Shown here: positions 52,141 to 64,000 of the stretch, piece by piece
How the letters are laid out: each line of letters begins with the position of its first letter
Position numbering within the stretch: the first letter of the stretch is position 1
Notes under the pieces: model-generated
Told to the model about the DNA's origin: nothing
The model's input: only the letters and a program-made list of their open reading frames with translations
Databases searched by the model: none
Made by a program: the position numbers and the translations under genes
Assembly: GCF_039654945.1 (NCBI RefSeq)
Contig: NW_027361825.1
Span: 29,698,001-29,762,000 of the forward strand
Direction: 5' to 3'
DNA length: 64,000 nucleotides
Origin: Dendrobates tinctorius
Lineage: Eukaryota

Positions 52141-52755
52141 TCTCTTTCAATTGTACGGACAGTGACTTAGCAAGCCACTCTGTGTGCATGACATACAGCA
52201 GCAAAATGCAGTGTTTGTGCAGGTGGTTATAAAAGAGCATGTGAAGCCTACAGTGTGTAGCATGATGTTTGTATGTGAGTAACATATAGCATGTGTTTGT
52301 GTGAGTGTAATAAGGTGTTTGTGTGTGAATAACATAGATTGTTTGTATGTAAGCATATATTGTGTGTGTAATATTAAATGTGAGTGTGGAATATTAAGAA
52401 TTCAGTAGCCTCTTTCAAAAGAGAGAAAGATGAATTGAATTCTTATGCCGCCTTTTGAAACCAGCAATTCTACAATTAAACACTGATCCTTATCGAACCT
52501 TGCCACATGATTTTGGGTAAGAAGCCAAACCATGGAATCTATTTGCATACATGTATTTCGAGGCAATGGAGTAGGGAGCAAATATTGGGTATAGCATTGA
52601 GTTTGTGTAACCTCTCTACTTAGCTCCTTCTTTCATGCGTAGTGTGAACCTGCATAGGGTGCCTTCTTTTCACAGACATTACAGAAGTTAAAATATACTG
52701 TACCTGGTTTTAGCTGGAGTCATCCCATTTTTAGCCATTGTCACCGAATAATATA

Positions 52756-54185
52756 CAACTGTCTTTGAAAGTTTCCGAACCCCTTAAAATGTTTCCATAA
52801 ATACTTAAATTGGCCTTAAACTACATTAGTTTTCACATATATTCTAAAAGTAGATAAAGAGAAGCAAATAGAGCAAATGTGTCAAATTATTAGATTTTAT
52901 CATTTTTTAAGTACCGTAATGAAAAATATCCGATATCATGTATGTGAGTGTCATAACTATGTGAATCTTTAGTATTAGCAGATACTGTGAAGATGAAGTA
53001 AGAGATTGATGTTTTCAATCACAAGGATGACAATCAGGTGTGAGTGGGTGACCTCTTATATTTAAAGAAGTCCAACCATTAAGTTAAAAGTGTGACATAT
53101 TTGATCTTATTTAAATCCCGCTGCTCCCCTGAAAATGATTTTTTTTTTTTACGTCCACCATATAGTTCCAGAGACATGGAAACTATGGGTAGTGGTGCTT
53201 ACAGGCTAATAATGTAGAGCAACCTAACCCCCCCCCCCAGAGAATCCTGTGAGCAACGCCCCCTTGGAAAAGAGCATACAAATTAGTACTAAACAAACAT
53301 AAGTGCACATATTTGTAGAACCATATGGCATATTTAAAATATAATGTGAAATACGTATGGGAGAAGCGGTAATAAAAAAGAGCAAAATAGCCCACTTTTG
53401 CCCTCGTGACAGGTACTCTTAAAAGAACAGGTACCTTTCAAAATTTAGTCTTCACAATATGTTTGTGAGAGTGTATAATGGCATGAACAAATGAGGTATC
53501 TGAGGACCTCAGAACAAGCATGGGCATAATCATCAGGCGGGAAAATGTCACAAAACGTTTTCTAAAGAATTTGGACCCCACCAATCCAAGTCAGATACAT
53601 TCTATACAAGGAGTAAATTCAAGGGTAAATTGCACTACCCAGAGGAGGTTGAGCAACAAAGATTACTCCAAGAACTCTGTGTATCATAGTCTGCAGGGTC
53701 ACAAAGGAACCCAAGATAACATCTAAGAGACTAAAAACCTCCCTGACATGAACTAAATTTAATGCTCATGAGTCCACCATCAGGAGGACCCTGAAAAACA
53801 ATGGTGGACATGTTAGGATTGTAAAGAGAAAGCTGATGTTATCCAAAGACCATTTCTGCCTGTCTGCAGTTTGATAAAGATCACTTGGATAAGTCGGAAG
53901 GGTATTAGGACAATGTTGACATGAAATAGTGGATTCTGCTTCAAATGAGAGGCATTATGTTTGGAGAAAGAAAAACACTATATTACACTATATAAACTCC
54001 ATACAATCTGTAAAACATGGTGGTGGTAGATTGGGCCTGTTTTGCTGCATCTTGGCCAGGACAGATTGTCATCATTGATAAAACAGTGAAATCTGAATTA
54101 CACCAGCAAATTGCAAAGGAAAATGTCAGAAAATTTGCCCATGAGCTCATTCTCAAGAGAATACCTTATACTTCAAGAAAACTAT
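52756..54185 (+). mobile_element. Tc1-like remnant, unit 5 copy
   Basis: Paralogous to 2903-4335. Confidence 0.7.
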
Positions 54186-54371
54186 ATACAGTAGCTTTGC
54201 TTTCTTAGAGTTATTGAATATTTTTTGTTGAATATGTGGGTCTATGGTACCTAATGTTCATATTGTGTAGATGATGCAGGAAAGATATATCTCTTCGTAC
54301 CGTGTTAGCCAGTAGGTAGAAAAATAGTTGGAATTGAGAGTCCTCAGTGGTTAATACCTTTTAATGGCTAA

Positions 54372-55385
54372 GGCTAGTTTCACACTAGTGTTTTTGAGCG
54401 CAGCGACGGCCTGCGCACGGCAGCCGCTAAGCCCCGCCCCCTGCCGCGCCTCCGCCGGTAGCTCCGCCTACCGGCGCATGACTCTGCATGCGCCCTGCGT
54501 CCCCTATCTTTATCACTGGGGGCGCAGGCCGTGCGCAGTAGTGTAATGACAAAAAAAATTTTTTTATGAAACCATGTGCAATGGAGGAAATTTTATGGGT
54601 TATTTAAGAATAAGTATTGCTTTTTAAAAAAAGTTCCCCCTTTCATTCAAATGAAATAAGGCAAAAATGGTATTTTTCCGCCAAAAAAGGACATGCAATT
54701 TTGCATTATTATCTTTTATGTTGACAATAGGAGGGCAGATTCCTCGTCCAGATAGACCTGTTTGCTTTTACACTGTTGCTGGAATTTCTAGAAGACATTT
54801 TCTGAATGCACTTCTTGATCGTAAAACTTGAAGCTTTGCACTGAAAATGAAAAGATAATACTAAGTTCCAAAATATTTTAAAATATTCCAGAATGTTCTA
54901 GATGTGAATAAAATACCACTTTTTGTTACAACTTAGAAAGATATTTTCTTTAAAGATTAAAATTAAAAGACGAAAAATCTTTTGAAAAAGAGGGGGAACT
55001 TTTTTGAATATTTTACAAATTTGATGATACTAATGTCATTTGAATGCAATTGTTCCTCCAATGTAAGGGGTTTCATTTTCGTTTTGCAAAATTTTTAAAA
55101 TTGTCATCACCCTAGTGCGCAGTATGCGTTTGGCGGCGCATGCGTCCTTTTGACGGTGCGCCGACCTGCGCCAAACGCAACCTGCTGCAGTTTGGTTGCG
55201 TCGGCGCACCGTCAAAAAGGCGCATGCGCCACCAAACGCATACTGCGCACGGCCTGCGCCCCAGTGATAAAGATAGGGGACGCAGCGTCATGCACCGGTA
55301 GGCGGAGGCACGGCAGGGGGCGGGGCTTAGCGGCAGCCGTGCGCAGGCCGTCGCTGTGCTCAAAAACGCTAGTGTGAAACTAGCC
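54372..55385. mobile_element. Harbinger-like MITE nested in the mini-Penelope
   Basis: TIR GGCTAGTTTCACACTAG; TSD TAA. Confidence 0.88.
54539..55114. mobile_element. Non-autonomous hAT nested inside that MITE
   Basis: 8-bp TSD GTGCGCAG; TIR TAGTGTAATGACAA / TTGTCATCACCCTA. Confidence 0.85.
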
Positions 55386-55789
55386 TAACTGAAAAGATGG
55401 TAATGACGTAGAATACAATGACGGAAGGTAGGTATCCTTCCGCACTGTATTCCTCCACCACTGTAAAAAAAAGTCCCTAGTCTCACTTTATGCCATTGCT
55501 GCATGGGAAATTCCCACACAGCAATGGCATAAAGTGAGACTAGGGACTTTTTTTTTTTTTTTTTAAAGTGGTGGAGGAATACAGTGCGGAAGGATACCTA
55601 CCTTCCGTCATTGTATTCCTGGAGCTGGTAGAGAACGGTAGCATCAGCTGATGCTGCTGTTCTCAACGCAAGATGGACGTGGGACCCTCGTGGACTTCTG
55701 CGGATCGGGGTAAGTATATTGGTGTTTTTTTATTTTGATATTTAACCCTCAGGTGACAATGGCTTCGGGGATCAAAGTGACAAGTGACG

Positions 55790-56697
55790 GTAAGTATGTA
55801 CTCTATGTTATATGTACTGTATGTCTATATGTATGTATTGTATGTAGTATATATGTATGTTGTATGCATGTAGTATATATGCAGTATATATGTAGTATGC
55901 ATCTTGCATGCATGTGGTATGTATGTAGCATGTATGTAGTATATATGTATGTTACATGTAGTATATATGTTGTATGTATGTAGTATGCATGTAGTATGTA
56001 GCATGTATGTTGCATGTATGTAGCATGTAGTATATATGTAGTATGTATGTTACATGTAGTATATATAGTATATATGTTGTATGTATGTAGTATGTATGTA
56101 GTATGCATATAGTATGTAGTATGTATGTTGCATGTATGTAGTATGTATGTTGCATGTATGTAGTATGTATGTTGCATGTATGTAGCATGTAGTGTGTATG
56201 TATGTAGCATGTAGTATATATAGTATATATGTAGTATATATGTTGTATGTATGTAGCATGTATGTAGTATGTATGTTGCATGTATGTAGCATGTATGTAG
56301 TATGTTGCATGTATGTAGCATGTAGAGTGTATGTATGTTACATGTAGTATATGTAGTATATATGTTGTATGTAGTATGTATGTAGTATGCATGTAGTATG
56401 CAGCATGTATGTAGTATGTATGTTGCATGTATGTAACATGTAGTATATATGTAGTATGTATGTTACATGTAGTATATATAGTATATATGTAGTATGCATG
56501 TTGCATGCATGTAGTATATATGTTGTATGTTGCATGCATGTAGTATGTATGTAGTATGTAGCATGTATGTAGTATGTATGTTGCATGTAGTATATATGTA
56601 GTATGTATGTTACATGTAGTATATATGTAGTATGTATGTTGCATGTAGTATATATGTAGTATGCATGTTGTATGTATGTAGCATGTATGTAGCATGT
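55790..56697. repeat. Degenerate (ATGT/ATGTAGT)n simple repeat
   Basis: Directly visible; the source of the spurious H/T/Y/I-rich ORFs. Confidence 0.95.
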
Positions 56698-56809
56698 AAT
56701 TTTTTTTTAATTTTTTTTACATTCAACACATTAGCCGGATGATGGGACTACTACTGTCCCATCATTGGCTAATGTGTCAATCACTGTCATGGTAGCAGGC
56801 ATCGCCCGA

Positions 56810-57110
56810 TGCCTGCACAGACCACCGGAGCCTGCACAGACCACCGGAGCCTGCACAGCCCCCCGGCAGGCCGGCACAGCCCCCCGGCAGGCCGGCACAG
56901 ACCACTGGAGCCTGCACAGACCACCGGAGCCTGCACAGCCCCCCGGCAGGCCGGCACAGACCACCGGAGCCTGCACAGCCCCCCGGCAGGCCGGCACAGA
57001 CCACCGGAGCCTGCACAGACCACCGGCAGGCCGGCACAGACCACCGGCAGGCCGGCACAGACCACAGGCAGGCCGGTACAGACCCCCGGACAGTCGGCAC
57101 AGCCCCCTCG
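56810..57110. repeat. GC-rich minisatellite (GCACAGACCACCGGAGCCT / GCACAGCCCCCCGGCAGGCCG units)
   Basis: Tandem 19-21-bp units. Confidence 0.9.
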
Positions 57111-58332
57111 AAGGCCCGAACTGACGGCGCATCATGATGCGCACAGACAGCGCATCATGATGACGTCATTTCGGCAGCCAATCGGAAAGCTCAACACTAG
57201 TCAGCAGGGGGACACAAAATCGCTAAGACTCCTATTTTTTTTTTTTCAGAGTTTAATACAAGCAATTCTAGTTTCTTAGCGATTTTGTGTCAGCAGGGGG
57301 ACACAAAATCGCTAAGAAACTAGAATTGCTTGTAGTAATATCTCTCTCTCTCTCTCCCCAGCACAGGAATCGCTGCAATACTCGCATCCCCATTCATTAA
57401 CATTGAACTCGCTAGACTCGCAACGAGTAGCGAGTTTCCGTCTCGGACTCGTTACAGTCTAGCGATTCCGAGTATTTCAGGATTCGCCCATCCCTACCGG
57501 CACTGCAGATGATCCCTGGGGGAGTAGATGGTGATGGCAGTGCAGATGTTAAACCCTCTCCAACCAGAGCAGACCCCCAGAGGAGATTGTGATGAAAGTA
57601 GAAGGCAAGGAGTAATAAAGCAGGAGACAAGGAAAGTCACTTTATCATTTAATGTAGTTCAGGTGAAGCTCAGAGGAGATATTACAACTCTCACCAGGTT
57701 ACACTCTGCTCTGGAGAATGGGAGTTATCTTTCCCTCTCTGCTGTGACTCAGTGTAAGCTTCCTGCTATTCTAATCCCTTCTGGGACCAAGGCTTCCAGG
57801 AGTTTAGAACTTCCAATATTGCCTCTACTCACTGTGTATTTCTCCTTCAGCAACTTGCAGCTTGAATCCTGTGTGAAGCAGCTCAAGTTCCCACTTGCAT
57901 GGTTGTATAATCCCACACAGTCTCTCAGCTTACCACCCTGCTCTGAAAGCATGGATGGTCTAGGAGCTGCTTCCCTGATGCTTCTTTTGCTGTACTCCAG
58001 GATAGTGCACATGTCTTATCATGGCTCCCAAGAGCGTTCTTCATCTCCTCCTCCTTCTTGACAGAAACAACAACTTACGACTCCTCCCACTCCCAGCTAG
58101 GCTATGTCTGCAAAGCTCTAAGCTTCAGACAAGTAAGGGAGTGGTGTAAATTGTGTGTGTGTTGTGGTCCCTAGCAGAGAAAGCATAACTCCCATTGCTC
58201 ACAAAACACATGCAAAACAGTACATATTTAACACTTTGTTGCTGTAAAGACGCAAGGCACCACAGTAACAAATTGCAAGCTTTCGAGACTACTCAGGTGT
58301 CTTCATCAGGCGAAACTAATACAACAACTTCA

Positions 58333-58369
58333 GCCTGATGAAGAGACCTGAGTAGTCTCGAAAGCTTGC
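58333..58369 (+). ncRNA. Minimal hammerhead motif with an intact core; mirror copy at 58275-58311 on the minus strand
   Basis: GC-CTGATGA-A-GAGAC ctgagta GTCTC-GAAA-GC-TT-GC; AAGCTT palindrome in stem III. Confidence 0.7.
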
Positions 58370-58393
58370 AATTTGTTACCATCTTTTTAGTTA

Positions 58394-58797
58394 GGCTGGA
58401 GTCACACACAACCATTAAAAAATCGGTCCAATTTTAACGGTACGAAATCGCACAAAGAATTCTTGTCCAGGGATCCGTCTGTCATCCCATTTTCTGGCAA
58501 TGAACCGATTTAATTCGCATCTAAGCATCAAATTGACATCCAATGCCAATGCCTGATGCTCTTTCCTGTTGACCTGGAGAAGTCTTGCGATTTAATCGCA
58601 AGTCACACGTGTGGTGCGTTTTCAATGCGATTTTTAATTGCATCCATAGACATGCATTGGTGAATCCGATCCGAGGAACGGATCCAATAAAAAAACGCAT
58701 GATGGGAGCAGCACCATAGAATAACATTGGGACGAATGCAATGCGATTTTTTATCGCATTGCATTCGTCCGATTTAATCGCTAGTGTGACTCCGGCC
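58394..58797. mobile_element. Harbinger-like MITE nested in the mini-Penelope
   Basis: TIR GGCTGGAGTCACAC / GTGTGACTCCGGCC; TSD TTA/TAA. Confidence 0.85.
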
Positions 58798-59364
58798 TAA
58801 GCCATTAAAACGTATCACCCACTGAGGACTCTAAATTCTAAATATTTTTCTGTGTAGATATTGCTCACTTTTAATGTTTTTCTTATATTTCTAGTTATTT
58901 CTAATAAGTTGAGTGGGGTTGTTAATAAATCATCATCCACTTTTTAACAAGTTGTCAAACAAAGGTATGTTTTTGAGAAAAGTATCATACATGAACAGAA
59001 AACCAAAATAGAGATAAATACAATAACTTAAATTAATAATTATATATGTAATAAAATAAATATTAATAAATATACATTTCAAATTCTAAAAACATTTCTA
59101 TAGTATTCATGTTTAAGAAAGTTCAAAGAGGGATATTCTTCTTGATTCTGAGGTCGTATTTTGAAGCTCCTCGACAGGTGACTGAAAATCCACTTGTAGT
59201 GTTAACTTATTGGCTTCATCATGTATTTTCTTTACCAGTTCTTCACAATGATTATGAATCATTGGATAAAGAGAATGGAATTATTGGTGATTTGCAAAAG
59301 AGATGTTCCACCATTTGAAGAACATATTGTAGATTTATGTTTTTCATTTGAAGCTTCTTTGTAG

Positions 59365-60197
59365 TTACTTCCCATGAGCCCAGCACCCAATATCTTCAAC
59401 AACTAATGGGATGAGACTGTGTAACACAGCCTCCTGGAGACATTGTCGAGATGCCTACAAAATTATATGTAATGTGATTAATATGCATGTTGAGAATTCA
59501 CCAGTAACAGCAAATATTGTATTTCTGCTATCTCCTCTGTCTGCCTTCTATGTGTTTTTTTCTTCCTTGTTGTCTTGTCTATGTAGTACAGATCATTGTA
59601 AAAATGATCCTCTCTAGACATGAGCAGGACCTCATTGACTGTTTATGTACAGGGTCACTTATCTACTCCAGTATGGAGGACAGGATCATACTTCTACTTG
59701 TTACCGAAAGAAACTTACCTCTTCCATAAAGTGGTGGAGATGGTGAAGCCATGGCTTCTGCTTCTCGGAAGGTGTTTTACTGTGTCCTGGTGATTCTCTC
59801 TGAATACAAGATATACAAGATGGTTATAAGTTAGGTATTTGCACAAAATCATAAAAGCATGTACTACGAAAATAATAAATATAAAGAGGGGACCATATGG
59901 ACTTACACAGAGCAGAAGATCATCTCTGATTTTGAGGAACATCCCGAGTGACTGTGATGCCAGGTCGGGTACAGCAGATGTGGACAGATTTGCCAGAACT
60001 TCTGTAGTTATTGTAACTCACTCCAAGGTCAGAATCAGACGATCACTGGCCTGAAGAAAGAAATAAGAAAAATACTGTATGTGTCTAAGAATGGTTCCTC
60101 AAGTATATTAGGATGTAAGAACATTTTATTTCACAGAACATTTATGAAAGAAAGGGGTGTACAGTACAATAGAAGATAATGTCAGATATGTACTTAC
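59365..60197 (-). pseudogene. ifnl: IFN-lambda copy A5, exons 3-5 only in this window, premature stop
   Basis: Exons 60050-59907, 59799-59719, 59454-59365. Exon 3 codon 11 is CGA>TGA (LTLE*). A hAT element starts at 60198, right at the intron-2 donor; exons 1-2 are not in the window. Confidence 0.88.
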
Positions 60198-63100
60198 TAG
60201 TGTTGAGCATTCCGATACCGCTAATATCGGGTATCGGCTGATATAAGCGGTATCGGAATTCCGATACTGAGTTCCAATACTTTTAGCATATCAGATACTG
60301 GAATCGGAAGTTCCCATAATGCTATCAGCCAGTTTTCTTTGATTCAGCCAATGGGAATCTTCAGAAGTGTGGGCACATCCTGTTAGGCATGTAGGCATGT
60401 TAACTAATGGCATTGCTGTGATTGGCTGCTGAAATGATGTCATGATGCACTATAAAAGCCACCGCAGCTGCCATTTCTGGTTCAATCTGCTGTGAATTCA
60501 GATAGGGACAGACTGCTGTTGAAGACTGTGAGGGCCAGTTAGAGATAGCGATTGTCAAAATAATCTTGTGCTTTACCCAGGCTACATAATCCACCACTGT
60601 AGCTTTCTTTTGCCTAGCAGCACTGTTCACAGCTGTCTGCAAGGGCTGTGTGAGTGCAGCTCACGCTGTGGAGTGTGTCCTTCAGCCACGTCTGGTTGTA
60701 GGCCGCCCAGCGTGTGTCACTGCCTCATACATATTTTTCATTTATTGCTGCTTATTTTTCATAAATTCTTTATAGTGTGCTTCCTTCCGTATCCATATAC
60801 GTTGGTTGCAAACACTATTAGTAGACAGCGGAGCCTCTCTGCAGCCTTTCAGTGCTAGTGCCAAGTTATCTGCACTGTTCTTGGCTGTCTGAGAGGTCTC
60901 TGTGTGTGAGTGCAGCTCACGTTGTAGTGTGTTCTGCAGCCACGTCTGGTTGTAGTCCGCTCAGCGTGCGTCACTGCCTCATACATTGTCCTTGTTTTTA
61001 TTTTTTGCACCTCATTTTTCCTGATATTTTTCTCCTATATTAGTGTGCTTCCATCCGTATCCATCTACATTGGTTGGTTGCAAACACTATATAGGAGTAG
61101 AAAGAGGAGCCTTTTTGCTGGCTTGTGCCCTGTAGGCCCAGCCAGATTAGTATTACCCTATTTTTTGGAGCCTCATCTATTGCATTGTAGGTTTGCTTCC
61201 TGCATTGTAATAGCTCCAAAAAGTTTATGATACTATCCCTTTCACATCTGTCACATCCTAATTTTTTTTTGAAAAAAAAAAAGGAAAAAAAGTTCACCAA
61301 ACACTCCACTTTACAGTTTTGTAGGCCACAGTAGATTATATTAAAGTGTAGTCCACACACTTTATAAAATTAGTGTTTCTTATACCTGTTAGCAGCTGTT
61401 CAGGAAAAAGCACACTAAGCCCCCCTTTTTTACTTTTCTGCCTATCTTTATCAGTCTACCAAGATGAAGAAGGCAGGGAGTAAGGCACATGGTCGTGGGC
61501 GTGGAGTTGCAGCAGGGAGTGGATGTGGGGATTCTGTGCCTGCTGTGGGCACCAGTGACCCAGCATCCCCCAGTTTTACCAGGCAACAGTCCTTTATGCG
61601 CAGCTTTGTAGGATCTTGTCGTACCCCACTGCTGCGGGATGAACAAATTGAAGCCGTTGTCGGATGGATGGCAGCGAACTCATCCACGTCAATGACATCC
61701 ACATCCTCTCAGGGCCAGAGCACTGAAGAGCAACCATCTGTCTCTTCACCACCTGCCAAATTGCCCAGGCAGTCAGAGAGCCCTGGACAGGAGCTATCTC
61801 ATTCTCTACTTCTGTTCTCTGAATCTGTTGGCTTGGAAAGAGGGGGCCAGCCAAGCAGCATTCAAGAATGTGAAGAAGAGGGAGTATGCAGTGATGCGCA
61901 ACTTCTTTGTCCCTCGGAATCTGAAGAGGCGGGTGGGCCAGTGCCTATGGGCAGTACACTTCAGTACGCATCAGATGATGAGACTCAGGTGACACTTTCT
62001 GGTGCGTACGGTGCTGGCGAGACTACACAGGAGAAGCAGGTGTTTGAAGAGGGGAGTGTAGATGATGAGGTCCTTGACCCATCATGCCGTGAGGAAAAGG
62101 AAGGTGGTGGGAGCAGCTCTGAGGAAGAGATTCCCCGACCGGCCAAAACAGGAGGGAGAGGGAGGGGGCAGACTTGGTTGCCTGTAGCCTCCACTTCGGC
62201 ACCCGTTAGGAGCACTCCTCTTCCAAAACACAAAACGGGTGCTCCCAGGACTTGCAGTGCATGGTCCTTTTTTGACACAGTTGCAGATGACATTTTCTTA
62301 GTCATATGCAAGTTGTGTCATCAGAAAGTCAAAAGAGGGAAAAGTGCCAGCAACCTCAATACCACAAATATGTGGAAACATGTGCGGGCCAAGCACGTTT
62401 TGGAGTTACAGAGACACACTGAAGACGTAGCCCAACCTAAAGCACCACCTACCACCTCTTCAGCTCATGTTGGTGCCTCTTCCTCCAGCTCACACACAGC
62501 TGGTTCGGCTTCCTCACAGAATCGCCATGGAAGAACCTCTAGCACTGTTGTCCAGAGACCCAGTGCCATTACACCCACAGCAACACGTTCCCAGTCATCC
62601 TCACACTCCCAGGCCACTCTACAGCCAACGTTAGCACAGGCATGGGAGAAAAGGCGGCCATACTCGGCAAACCATCCCCGAGCACAGGCTCTGAATGCTG
62701 GCATTGCCAAACTACTGGCCCTTGAAATGCTGTCATTCAGGCTGGTGGAGACAGACACCTTCTGGAACTTCATGGCATTGGCAGTCCCACAATACAACAT
62801 GCCCAGCCGCTTTTATTTCAGCAGGCACGCCTTCCCTGCCCTGAAAAAGCATGTGGAGGGAAAAATAAAACATGCGCTACTAAATGCCATCAGTAGCATG
62901 GTCCACCTGACCACCGATGCGTGGACCAGTAACCATGGACAGGGACGATACCTTTCTCTCACTGCCCATTGGGTCAATGTTGTGGAGCCGGGTACAGATC
63001 TGAGAATGGCGCTGTACGTGTTCTGCCAACTGCAAGGATTGCAGGAAGCCAGTCTGTACATATTGACTCCTCCTCATACTCAAGTTCCTCACAATCAGGG

Positions 63101-64000
63101 CAGCAGGAGCCTGTTACGACCGATAAGAGCACAGCCATGGCCAAACATCAACAGGCTGTACTGAAATTAATTTATTTGGGGAATTGAAGCCACACAGCGC
63201 AGGAGCTCTGGAATTCCATCAAGCAGGAGAGGGACATGTGGTTTGTGCCAGCGAATCTCCAGCCAGGCTTGGTAGTGTGTGACAATGGCCGAAATCTGGT
63301 GGCAGCTCTGGGCCTAGGCAACCTCACTCACATACCTTGTCTAGCACATGTGCTCAACTTGGTTGTGCAGAGCTTTCTGAGGGACTATCCGGATCTTGAT
63401 GCACTGCTGCACAGGGTCCGCATACAGTGCGCTCACTTGCGGCGTTCCAGCATGGCAAGATCGCGCATTGCAGCTCTGCAACGCCGATTCCGCCTTCTGG
63501 AACATCGCATCATATGTGACCTCCCCACCAGGTGGAATTCAACGCTACATATGTTGGAGTGTTTGTGTGAGCAGCAGGCAGCAGTAATGGAGTACCAGCT
63601 GCAGCAGGCGCAAACAAGTCGCACTGTGCACCACACCGCACCTATGAAGGATATCTGCCAAGTTTTGCATTCCTTCGATTATTCCACGTGGATAGCGAGT
63701 GCAGATGATGCACTACTCAGCATGACTGTCCCCCTTATCTGCCTGCTTCAAAAAACACTGCAAGCACTAAGGGAGGAAGTTTTGGAAGAGGTGGAGGATG
63801 AGGAGTCACAAATGCCATCTGCTTCTGGACATTCTGCACAATGTGCTTCCTCACAAAGGCCTAGGCAGGGGACACTTTGTGAGGAGGATGAGGAGGAGTC
63901 AATGGAGGAGGAAGACATCTCTCCAGAGGAGGGAGGTGCACAAGGCTCTAGTAGTCAGTATGTACAGCGAGGGAGGGGTGATGCAGAGCAGGCAGAGATG
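60198..64000 (+). mobile_element. hAT transposon with a decayed BED-finger transposase; runs off the window
   Basis: Starts TAGTGTTGAGC with CCGATAC subterminal repeats. ORF 61464-63164 has a BED finger (AWSFF..CKLC..NTTNMWKHVRAKH) and HLTTDAWTS. After a frameshift come CDNGRN, CLAHVLNLVV and PTRWNST. Confidence 0.9.

Larger units (their letters stand above)
55404..58264. mobile_element. Composite insert: hAT-type repeat fragment (to 57496) plus a probable LTR (57497-58264)
   Basis: Flanked by GTAA, with TG...CA ends; hAT-type end GGATTCGCCCATCCCTA at 57496. Confidence 0.5.
54278..58850. mobile_element. Miniature palindromic Penelope (two inverted 3' ends) hosting nested insertions
   Basis: TSD TGTGTAGATGATGC / TGTGTAGATATTGC (54264-54277, 58851-58864). 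After removing the inserts, the arms GAGTCCTCAGTGG..TTTTAATGGCTAACTGAAAAGATGGTAACAAATTGCAAGCTTTCGAGAC..TCATCAGGC are reverse complements. Confidence 0.75.

Noticed and set aside
56810-57110. CRISPR-like array
   Set aside because: There are no unique spacers; it is a eukaryotic minisatellite.
55735-57279. Long ORFs of up to 247 aa
   Set aside because: They are translations of the simple repeat and the minisatellite.
61464-63164. Domesticated ZBED gene
   Set aside because: TIR and subterminal repeats are present, and the catalytic domain is frameshifted and has a stop.

Overview
Eukaryotic genomic DNA, almost certainly anuran (frog), judged from the protein and the repeat families; the species cannot be determined. 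The window is a tandem array of a ~9-10 kb unit. Each unit holds a head-to-head pair of 5-exon, all-phase-0 type III interferon (IFN-lambda) genes. Four minus-strand A copies are intact (177 aa; ATGs at 8256, 21564, 30670, 40902), and a fifth A copy is damaged and runs off the window. All four plus-strand B copies are pseudogenes, with a mosaic of lesions. Between each pair lies an imperfect palindrome, the axis of the inverted duplication that created the pair, carrying mirror-image CRE-like, IRF/ISRE and NF-kB sites. The array is heavily invaded by transposons: Tc1 elements; Harbinger-like MITEs, one in exon 3 of three B copies; a non-autonomous LTR element with a tRNA-Ser primer site whose only recognisable cargo is a cold-shock-domain reading frame; a young Penelope element with 971-bp inverted arms and hammerhead motifs; a V-SINE; a gag remnant; a nested stack inside a mini-Penelope; and a BED-finger hAT. 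The best novelty candidates are the cold-shock-domain LTR element, the palindromic bidirectional IFN-lambda enhancer, and the strict live-A / dead-B asymmetry. All coordinates and alignments were read by eye.
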